64,000 bases of DNA from a virus (taxonomy: Duplodnaviria > Caudoviricetes): positions 1-64,000 of IMG/VR virus record IMGVR_UViG_3300033463_000079. The stretch is one strand, 5' to 3'. The notes under the pieces were generated by a model. The model was not told the DNA's origin, ran no database searches, and was given only the letters and a program-made list of their open reading frames with translations. This document shows, in pieces, positions 9,132-16,551 of this stretch (position 1 is the stretch's first letter; the number at the start of each line of letters is the position of its first letter). The position numbers and the translations under genes are program-made.

Positions 9132-9223
9132 GTGATAACTTATGTTTTTTTATGTTTTTTTGTGATAACTTACGATGTCATTGAACCGCGCCGCCAAGCG
9201 TCTTATGTTCTTTTGACACTAAC

Positions 9224-9251
9224 ATTATACCATACTATGACAGTATGTCAA
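9224..9251 (-). promoter_or_regulatory. sigma-A promoter TTGACA-16-TATAAT
   Basis: tgtcaa 9246-9251, attata 9224-9229. Confidence 0.7.
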
Positions 9252-9307
9252 GCGTAAAAATGCAAATAATTATGTTTTTCTTATGTTCTTTGTATACACG
9301 GCAAGGG

Positions 9308-9374
9308 TAAACACCTGTTCTCCTATATGGTAAACATATGTTCTAATACAGTAACCATTGTAAACGCATGTTCG
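9308..9374 (-). promoter_or_regulatory. three tandem Firmicutes LexA (SOS) box-like sites
   Basis: Minus strand AGAACAGGTGTTTA (9308-9321), AGAACATATGTTTA (9331-9344) and CGAACATGCGTTTA (9361-9374) all fit GAAC-RNRY-GTTY. Confidence 0.6.
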
Positions 9375-9521
9375 CAGTCAGCACCGATTCATTTATGAAT
9401 CAAGACAGACGTCATTCTGACCGCTTGTCTCACGCATGCAAGCGATTCAAAACTGAATCACCATACACACCATCAACATAGGAGAGGAGAGTCATGGAAA
9501 TAAATGGAAGTAGGTGGGTTG

Positions 9522-9537
9522 GTGAACACACGTTCAC
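9522..9537. promoter_or_regulatory. fourth LexA box-like site GTGAAC-ACAC-GTTCAC
   Basis: Perfect GAAC-N4-GTTC with 6-bp inverted arms. Confidence 0.6.
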
Positions 9538-9685
9538 ATTTTAGGCAAACAAAAGAACAGACGTTCCCCCAACCGACCGCCCGCGCGCAGAGAGAGGGGG
9601 TGGGGCGGGTATCTTGCGCAGACACTCTCTTAAAATATTTTTCTATAAAAGGGTTCCAAGTTGGTATTTTCTCACGACAAAAGTG

Positions 9686-9694
9686 TGCTATAAT
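9686..9694 (+). promoter_or_regulatory. extended -10 promoter (TGCTATAAT) upstream of terS
   Basis: TGnTATAAT about 57 bp before ATG 9751. Confidence 0.6.
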
Positions 9695-9750
9695 GCTATC
9701 GAGGAATTTTGCAAGTGCGCAAAATTTTTTTGTTATAAAAAGGACTTTTC

Positions 9751-10317
9751 ATGGGAACATATAACGCCGATTACAAAGCAATAGCGGCAGAGCGGAAGAA
9801 GATAACGGAGTCTGCGAGGGCATTGGCGATAGCGAACAGGAACAAATCCCCGTATACGCCAGAGACGCAGGTCACATTCATCGAGAAACTCTCAAACTAT
9901 GTAGAGGAACAGGACAGAAAGGGCAAACCCTTGACTGTAGCGGGGTTCGTGTTGGCTTCTGGAGTCCCAGAGCGTTCATGGTATGCGATGAAAGACGGGA
10001 CGTTTGACGCAGGCATCGAAGAGTACAAACTCACCCACGACATTCCGTTAGACGCAGAAGAATACATCACGGAAGACGGCGAGGTCTTATCACTTCTGCC
10101 GTGGTCGGAGATAGTGAATCGGTGTTATCTCTTACTGCAACAGGAACGCGAGACCAACTGTGTAGCAGGCAAGGCAGGCAACGTCGTCGGCAACATATTC
10201 CTGTTGAAATCCCAACATGGCTTGTCGGATATGCCGCAACAGATAGCGTCGCAGACGAATATCCAGATAGTAGCGAACTCCGATACTGCCATGAAAGCGT
10301 TGGAAATGCTTAAATAA
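9751..10317 (+). CDS. terminase small subunit (P22 gp3-like)
   Basis: KPLTVAGFVLASG...GNIFLLKSQHG pattern; position before terL. Confidence 0.7.
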   Translation: MGTYNADYKAIAAERKKITESARALAIANRNKSPYTPETQVTFIEKLSNYVEEQDRKGKPLTVAGFVLASGVPERSWYAMKDGTFDAGIEEYKLTHDIPLDAEEYITEDGEVLSLLPWSEIVNRCYLLLQQERETNCVAGKAGNVVGNIFLLKSQHGLSDMPQQIASQTNIQIVANSDTAMKALEMLK

Positions 10318-10408
10318 GGGCGGTAGTGTTAGTAGAAACCCAATGCGATTTAGTTAGCACCGCATCTCGTTTTCGCGCATTGAGTCGGTGCAAGTCCGAC
10401 ACCGCCCC
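10318..10408 (+). ncRNA. tRNA-like RNA with an enlarged anticodon arm
   Basis: Acceptor GGGCGGT/ACCGCCC, T-arm GTCGG-TGCAAGT-CCGAC, weak D-arm, stem CAATGCG/CGCATTG enclosing 28 nt; no CCA and no assignable anticodon. Confidence 0.55.
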
Positions 10409-10410
10409 CT

Positions 10411-10471
10411 TGGTATACCAAGTGGTATACCAACGGTAAACCCAGTATAGTATAGATAAGTATAGTATAGG
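10411..10471 (+). repeat. orphan copy of replication-origin iteron segment
   Basis: TGGTATACCA palindrome at 10411 and 10423 (period 12), then agtatag repeats, as at 45441-45515 inside the initiator gene. Confidence 0.7.
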
Positions 10472-10479
10472 TTATATAT

Positions 10480-10553
10480 AGGAGACTCGTTCAAGGGTAG
10501 GACATAGGACTTTGATTCCTACAATCGTGGTTCGACTCCACGGTCTTCTGCCA
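10480..10553 (+). tRNA. tRNA-Gln (TTG)
   Basis: Acceptor AGGAGAC/GTCTTCT, anticodon stem TAGGA/TCCTA with loop CTTTGAT, T-arm CGTGG-TTCGACT-CCACG, encoded G-CCA. Confidence 0.93.
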
Positions 10554-10657
10554 AACACCCAGAGGGATTGGCATTTGGCGTTTAACATTTATTAAATCAC
10601 GAAGAACTACAGAAAGGAGAGTATCACTATACTCTTGACCCTCTGGGGAGAATATAC

Positions 10658-12196
10658 ATGGCTTATTACGGCAACCAGAAACGCGGCAGACCGATGAAAC
10701 CAGAAAAAGCCTACTTACAGGCAGTACAGGGAATCTTTAAGGCTTTCTGCTTTCACGCACACAATCTTTCATACATAAACAATCCTCAACCAAACGAAAA
10801 GGACATAAAGTGGATTCCGTCAAGGTTTCATAAGGACTTATGTGAGAGGGTGCAGGATTTTCTGGAAAAGCCGACAGATAAGGCATATGAGATAATGATT
10901 ATCTCCACGCCGCCGCAACACGGCAAGTCCACTACGCTCACCGAGACTCTATGCGCGTGGTATTTAATGAGAAACCCAGACCATTGTGTCATACAGGTTT
11001 CATATGGAGACGACCTTGCAGAGCGGTTTGGCAAGAGAAACCTTGAGAAAGTAAAGGAGTTCGGCTATATATTCGGAGTTGAAGTCGACCCTAAAAAGGC
11101 TACCTCAAGGGAATTCCAAATCAAAGACCATAAAGGGCGTATGATTTCAAAGGGAATCGGCTCTGGTCTTACGGGACACTCTGGACATTTGATTGTCATA
11201 GACGACCCTATCAAGAATAGGGAGCAAGCAGACTCCGAAAGGACTCGCGAATCAATCTGGGACGAGTTTGAACACTCTATTCTTTCAAGAACGCAGGCTG
11301 GCTCGAAGATTATTCTTATTATGACGCGTTGGCATGAAGACGATTTGGCAGGCAGAATCCTTGAAAATATGCCAGAAGTCACCACGTACGTCAACTACGA
11401 GTGCGAATGTGAATCGGAGAACGACCCTCTTGGCAGAAATATAGGCGAACCGCTTTGCCCAGAGATAGGCAAGGGCGAGAAGTGGCTTGAATCTTTCAAG
11501 AAGACCTATACCAACGAGTCTGGCATGAGAGCATGGGAGGCTCTGTTTCAAGGACACCCGACCATCGCCGAGGGCAACATTCTCAAGAAAGAATGGTGGA
11601 ATTACTACGACCCTGCTAAAGAGCCGAAATACGACCAGATGGTAATGTCGGTAGACGCGACCTTTAAGGACGGCGAGAGAAACGACTTTGTTGCTATTTC
11701 GGTGTGGGGAAAGAAAGAGAACAAGATATACCTCGTCAAAATGATAAACGAGCATCTTAATTTCACGGCAACCCTGCATAAAATTAGGTTATTAAAGGCA
11801 CATTATCCGAGAATAGGTGCGATATATGTGGAAGACGCGGCTAACGGACAGGCAATTATACAGACTCTTTCTCACGAGATACTTGGTATCATCGCAGTTC
11901 CGCCAGATAAATCAAAGGAGGCGAGGGTCAACGCGGTTTCTTTCGTCATAGAGGCAGGCAACGTATATCTGCCAGAGGGCGACCCGATGACCTATAAGTT
12001 CGTGGAACAATGCGCAAAGTTCCCGAATGATAAACACGATGATATGGTCGATAGTATGTCAATGGCTTTATATAAATTGGCATATTCAAGGAGAGGTAGG
12101 GCGATACCTGCTATGAAAGAGAAACTCGACTGGGTATTTCCTTATCAAAAGCCTAAAAAGAGAGTCGATGTAGGAGGTTTAATAAGAACGATATGA
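10658..12196 (+). CDS. terL: terminase large subunit
   Basis: PPQHGKS Walker A, LIVIDDPIK Walker B, MTRWHEDDL, SVDATFK and HDDMVDSMS nuclease motifs. Confidence 0.95.
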   Translation: MAYYGNQKRGRPMKPEKAYLQAVQGIFKAFCFHAHNLSYINNPQPNEKDIKWIPSRFHKDLCERVQDFLEKPTDKAYEIMIISTPPQHGKSTTLTETLCAWYLMRNPDHCVIQVSYGDDLAERFGKRNLEKVKEFGYIFGVEVDPKKATSREFQIKDHKGRMISKGIGSGLTGHSGHLIVIDDPIKNREQADSERTRESIWDEFEHSILSRTQAGSKIILIMTRWHEDDLAGRILENMPEVTTYVNYECECESENDPLGRNIGEPLCPEIGKGEKWLESFKKTYTNESGMRAWEALFQGHPTIAEGNILKKEWWNYYDPAKEPKYDQMVMSVDATFKDGERNDFVAISVWGKKENKIYLVKMINEHLNFTATLHKIRLLKAHYPRIGAIYVEDAANGQAIIQTLSHEILGIIAVPPDKSKEARVNAVSFVIEAGNVYLPEGDPMTYKFVEQCAKFPNDKHDDMVDSMSMALYKLAYSRRGRAIPAMKEKLDWVFPYQKPKKRVDVGGLIRTI

Positions 12197-12459
12197 CAGT
12201 TTATTATATTTTGTTCTTGGCGTTTGCGGCGTACTGTTTGGTATCGCCGTTTTTGCTTGCAAAAGCAGTAATGTTCGGCGCAAAACTGGCAAATAAGCCA
12301 GAAAAAGTCGAGGAATGGAGAGTATTTGACATTCCAAAACCTAAAAAGAAGCCGAAAATGACGGCAGAAGAAGACAGAATGACTCAAATCCTGCGGAATA
12401 TCGACAATTACAACGGCACTCCGCAAGGACAAGTAAAGGTAGAAGTAAAACATGACTAA
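12193..12459 (+). CDS. small membrane protein
   Basis: Hydrophobic N-terminus; coupled between terL and portal. Confidence 0.7.
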   Translation: MTVYYILFLAFAAYCLVSPFLLAKAVMFGAKLANKPEKVEEWRVFDIPKPKKKPKMTAEEDRMTQILRNIDNYNGTPQGQVKVEVKHD

Positions 12460-14245
12460 TGAACCATCAACTTCGACAAAATTCTGGCGAAGATATGAAA
12501 AAGGTCTTGATTATTTAGATAATAAAGACTTACTGAACCGTTCCAACAAGTGTTGGAACTTTTTTGTCGGCAAACAATGGGAGGGTGTAGAGGCAGACGG
12601 CGAGGATTTGCCGTTTATGAACTTCATACACCCGAACATTTTGCGTAAAGTAACCACCATTTACACCAATAGAATGGCGGTAACGTACTCTGACATGGAG
12701 GGTAGGTCGGAACTGCAACCGATTTACGAGGCATTGTCCTCAATGTTCTCGGCAAAATGGGAAAAGGCAAATGAAGATACTTTATGCAGACGCACCATTA
12801 AACATGGTGGAATCGTGGGAGACGGATTCCAATACTTCCCGACAGGAAACGTCGAAGACGTACAAATCATCTACAACACCGACATACTGTTCGGCAACGA
12901 AAGTGAGCCGAATATCCAAAGACAACCATACGTCATCATTCAAGAGAGACGTTCTGTTGAAGAAGTTAAGGAACTTGCTCGACAGAATGGAATCCCAGAA
13001 GATGAAGTTGCACTTATAAGACCAGACCGCGAGACAGACCACACTCTCGGCAACACGGACGAAGTAGAGAACGCGGATTCATCGGACACCATGAAAGTCA
13101 CGATGATTACTCACTTTGAGAAGAAGAAAGAACCTGTTACCGAGGCGGTATGGGAAGACGCGGAAGACGGAACAAGGATAGGAACGCAAATCGAGGTAGG
13201 CGAAAGAGAAGTCGTCTATGTGGCTAAATGCACGAAATACTGCATGGTCGAGAATGAACGTCCTATCAAAGGCGAACCATCAAAGGTACAGATGATGAAT
13301 GGAAGACAGGGCAGAGCCTTGTCAATGTACCCTATCCTAAAGTTCTCTTGGGAAGAAGTGCCTAACGATGCTCGTGGAGTATCGCAGGTCGAGGGTCTTA
13401 TTCCTAACCAAATCCTAATCAATAAGACTCTGGCTCGTCGTTCTGTCGTTACGCAGAACACCGCATATTCAAGAATGGCGTATGACGAGACGATGATTTC
13501 AAACCCAGAGGATTTGATGAAAGTCGGTATGCCTATCGCGGTCAATTCTGGCGGCGCACAGTCAGTCAATCAAGCAGTAGCATATTTGAACCCTGCAACG
13601 CACTCTCCAGAACCAAAGCAACTGACAGACGACCTGCTTGAGATAACTCAAGAGTTATCGGGTTCTGGCGATACCACGATGGGTAATATCGACCTGCAAA
13701 GAGTAGCCGCGTCCGCAATCGTGGCGGTAAACGACCAAGCACAGTCCATGCACGACGACACGGTTGCTAACCTGCAACAGTTCGTCGAAGACATGGCTAA
13801 CCTGTGGGTGGAACTCTGGCAGGTATTCAGCCCTAATGGGTTGTCTGTGGTAATGAAACAACAGGTAGAACAACCTGTAATCGACCCGATGACAGGGCAA
13901 CCTGCTATCGACCCGATGACGGGTATGCCGCAGACTGAAATGAAAGAGGTCGAAATGCCAGTCGAAATCACGGCAGAGCAACTCGACCAAATCAAGCCTC
14001 TTACGAGGATTGACGTAACAAAAGATAACTCGTTCACTCGCGAAGCACAACAACAGGTAATCGACGGTCTTCTTGAGAAAGGCTTAATCGACCTGTCCGA
14101 GTGGACGGAACTTGCAACAGATACTTCACCTGTACCGAAACACGGTCTGGAAGTTATCTTGGAAAGAAGAAAATTACAGGCGCAAATGCAACCACCTATG
14201 CAGATGAATCCACAACCATCGGCAGGGCAACCGCCTATGATGTAG
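12452..14245 (+). CDS. portal protein (P22/podovirus type)
   Basis: 597 aa directly after terL; FFVGKQW, YPILKFSWE...GVSQVEGLIPNQ pattern. Confidence 0.88.
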   Translation: MTNEPSTSTKFWRRYEKGLDYLDNKDLLNRSNKCWNFFVGKQWEGVEADGEDLPFMNFIHPNILRKVTTIYTNRMAVTYSDMEGRSELQPIYEALSSMFSAKWEKANEDTLCRRTIKHGGIVGDGFQYFPTGNVEDVQIIYNTDILFGNESEPNIQRQPYVIIQERRSVEEVKELARQNGIPEDEVALIRPDRETDHTLGNTDEVENADSSDTMKVTMITHFEKKKEPVTEAVWEDAEDGTRIGTQIEVGEREVVYVAKCTKYCMVENERPIKGEPSKVQMMNGRQGRALSMYPILKFSWEEVPNDARGVSQVEGLIPNQILINKTLARRSVVTQNTAYSRMAYDETMISNPEDLMKVGMPIAVNSGGAQSVNQAVAYLNPATHSPEPKQLTDDLLEITQELSGSGDTTMGNIDLQRVAASAIVAVNDQAQSMHDDTVANLQQFVEDMANLWVELWQVFSPNGLSVVMKQQVEQPVIDPMTGQPAIDPMTGMPQTEMKEVEMPVEITAEQLDQIKPLTRIDVTKDNSFTREAQQQVIDGLLEKGLIDLSEWTELATDTSPVPKHGLEVILERRKLQAQMQPPMQMNPQPSAGQPPMM

Positions 14246-14363
14246 AAATACTACACTCTCAATACATTTCATTCTTATGGGGCGGGAAACCGCCCCTACC
14301 TCCGATAATAAAGTAGCCGTTAATTGAAACGGCACTTTTTTATAGGGTGCGAAAACGCACCTT
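14241..14363 (+). promoter_or_regulatory. four consecutive hairpins in the scaffold leader
   Basis: TGTAG/CTACA; GGGGCGG-GAAA-CCGCCCC; AAAGT-A-GCCGT/ACGGC-ACTTT plus T-run; GGTGCG-AAAA-CGCACC. Confidence 0.7.
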
Positions 14364-14394
14364 GAAAACTTAATAAAAGAAAGGACGTAACACA

Positions 14395-15150
14395 ATGGCT
14401 GATTACGAAAGCACAAGCGTAGAAACGTCGGAAGTCGCTGACCCGACAGAAGAAGTTACAGGCGTAGAAGAGCAGGAAACCGCCGAACCTGTGTCCGAAG
14501 AAACCGTCGAAGAAGAACCTAAAAAGACGGAAGAAGACGCGGCATGGGCGCGTATGAGACGCGAATCCGAGCAGGCTCGCAAGGATTTAGAAGCCGCGCA
14601 AAAGGAACTTGCCGCATTAAAGGCAAAGGAAGAAGCACGAGAATCCACATATTCTCGTCTTACTGGCTCGGATAACGGCGATATTGCCGCTATCGCAGAA
14701 GCCACAGGAATGTCGGAAGACGAGGTTCTGGCAGAAATCGAAGCCGCGCAGGAATCCGCGCAGAAAGACCTCTTAATCGAACAACTGCAAGAGCAGATAA
14801 CTTCGATTGAGGCAGAAAGGCTGATGCAGGCTGACCTTGAAGCAATTAGAAAGGTAGACCCATCACTTAAAAGTCTTGAAGACTTGGGCGAGGAATACGC
14901 CAGATATATTAGCGCGACAGACCCGATAACTGGCAAACCAATAATGACGCCAGTTGACGCATATTGGGCAATCAAGGCGAAAGAACAGGCTAACAAAGCC
15001 ACTCCGCCAAAGGAGATTGGCAAGGTAGAAACCTCTGCCGCCGAAAAAGATTATTTATCCGAGGCTGAAATTGATGCTATGTCTTCCGAACAACTAACGA
15101 AAAACTGGAAAAAAGTAATGGCATCGTGGGACAGGAACGCCAATAGGTAA
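14395..15150 (+). CDS. scaffolding protein
   Basis: Acidic coiled-coil protein between portal and capsid, with C-terminal SEAEIDAMS helix. Confidence 0.8.
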   Translation: MADYESTSVETSEVADPTEEVTGVEEQETAEPVSEETVEEEPKKTEEDAAWARMRRESEQARKDLEAAQKELAALKAKEEARESTYSRLTGSDNGDIAAIAEATGMSEDEVLAEIEAAQESAQKDLLIEQLQEQITSIEAERLMQADLEAIRKVDPSLKSLEDLGEEYARYISATDPITGKPIMTPVDAYWAIKAKEQANKATPPKEIGKVETSAAEKDYLSEAEIDAMSSEQLTKNWKKVMASWDRNANR

Positions 15151-15184
15151 TCCTGTCTGCGGTGCAGAATAGGAGACACACACT

Positions 15185-16048
15185 ATGGCATTTCAGAAAT
15201 TCAAGCCAGAAGTATGGTCACAGAAGTTCATGGAAGACCTCGACAAGACTCTGGTCTTCAAGGAAGACTGTAACCATTCTTATGAGGGCGACGCAAAAAA
15301 ACCTGGTGACGCCATTAGAATCTTCGGTCTGGGCGACGTGAATATCGGCAGATGGCATCACGGCAAACTGGAGAAACTGGACGACGCACAGGAAGTTACA
15401 GGGCATTCAATCCTTATGCCAATCAACGAATTGGCAACATTCAACTTTGAGGTTGGAGACGACCTTGACAAGGCACAGGCTATGGGCGGTTCTGGACTCA
15501 TGGGCAAGTTCACTACAAAGGCAAAGGACAATGTTGCCGATGTAATCGACCAGTTCATCGCAAAACTGCACGTTGGTAACTGCGACAAGGGTCTGGCGGC
15601 AGGCAACACCGCGATTACCAAGAACAACATTCTGGACGCAATCGACGAGGCATACCTCAAGTTACTGGAGAACAATGTTTCCAGAAGCACAAAGGTAACG
15701 CTGACTGCGCCACCGTGGTTCATTATGACCCTCAAGAGAGCCTATGTCGAACTCGACACCGATAATTCTGCCATGCTGAAGAACGGCAGAGTCGGCAGAT
15801 ACGGCGGCATCATTCTCAAGGAGTCCAACAACGTATATCACGAAACTATCGACGTTAGTGGAACAGACAAGGAACTGTACCACATTCAGTTGAAGACGGA
15901 CGAGGCAATCGCGTTTGTAAACCCTTACACTCACATGGAAGGTTATCGTCCAGACCTCACATTCATTGATTGTGTAAAGGGCTACACTCTGTTCGACGGC
16001 ATGGTAGTTGCACCGAAGCAGGTCGTTGACCTCACGGTTTATAAGTAA
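15185..16048 (+). CDS. major capsid protein (P22 coat-like)
   Basis: FKPEVWSQKF, GDAIRIFG, GRVGRYGGIILKESNN motifs. Confidence 0.88.
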   Translation: MAFQKFKPEVWSQKFMEDLDKTLVFKEDCNHSYEGDAKKPGDAIRIFGLGDVNIGRWHHGKLEKLDDAQEVTGHSILMPINELATFNFEVGDDLDKAQAMGGSGLMGKFTTKAKDNVADVIDQFIAKLHVGNCDKGLAAGNTAITKNNILDAIDEAYLKLLENNVSRSTKVTLTAPPWFIMTLKRAYVELDTDNSAMLKNGRVGRYGGIILKESNNVYHETIDVSGTDKELYHIQLKTDEAIAFVNPYTHMEGYRPDLTFIDCVKGYTLFDGMVVAPKQVVDLTVYK

Positions 16049-16061
16049 GGGGGTGTAATTC

Positions 16062-16508
16062 ATGGCAGCAGTAAATATTCCAATTTACAGACAGGACTAT
16101 GCTCTTTCTGGTGAATCACCATCACATCAGTACGCAGGCATCGAGCCAAACGTATTCTCTCCATCACTTTCTGGCGTTGCGCTGACATCTTCAACGGACG
16201 CTAACTGGATTGGTGGACAGGACAACCCAACATACGGTGGAAGTGCTGACGCACCGCTTTATGGCGCGGACGACTTCAAAGACCACAAGACTCTGTTCAT
16301 CTTCCAGAACACAGGCGTTGCCGCGAGCGTAACATTCGCGGCAGGGAACACCTATGCAGGCAGGGAAGTTAAGGACATGGTTATCGGCGCAGGAGAAACT
16401 TGCGCAATCTGGCTCGACTCATCGAAGTTCGCTGACAAGACCGACGGCGTTATCAAGGTAACGGTAAACACGGCAAGTGTTAAGGCTTACGGCGTAGAAA
16501 TGAGATAG
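16062..16508 (+). CDS. putative capsid decoration protein
   Basis: Beta-rich 148 aa directly after the capsid gene and before a terminator. Confidence 0.55.
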   Translation: MAAVNIPIYRQDYALSGESPSHQYAGIEPNVFSPSLSGVALTSSTDANWIGGQDNPTYGGSADAPLYGADDFKDHKTLFIFQNTGVAASVTFAAGNTYAGREVKDMVIGAGETCAIWLDSSKFADKTDGVIKVTVNTASVKAYGVEMR

Positions 16509-16512
16509 TCTA

Positions 16513-16548
16513 TCGGGGCAGGCTTACGGGTCTGCCCCTATTTTTTCT
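16513..16548 (+). terminator. intrinsic terminator
   Basis: ggggcaggc-ttacgg-gtctgcccc followed by tattttttct. Confidence 0.85.
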
Positions 16549-16551
16549 ATT

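Noticed and set aside
9132-9374. Short repeats (gtgataactta x2, tatgtttttt x2, taaac...gttc x3) as a mini CRISPR array
   Set aside because: Units are 10-14 bp with irregular spacing and no cas genes; better explained as operators.
10318-10553. Stop-codon reassignment with a suppressor tRNA
   Set aside because: Genes are full length in code 11 and use all three stops; the clear tRNA is an ordinary Gln(TTG); TTA/TAG triplets in the odd RNA do not sit in a canonical 7-nt loop.
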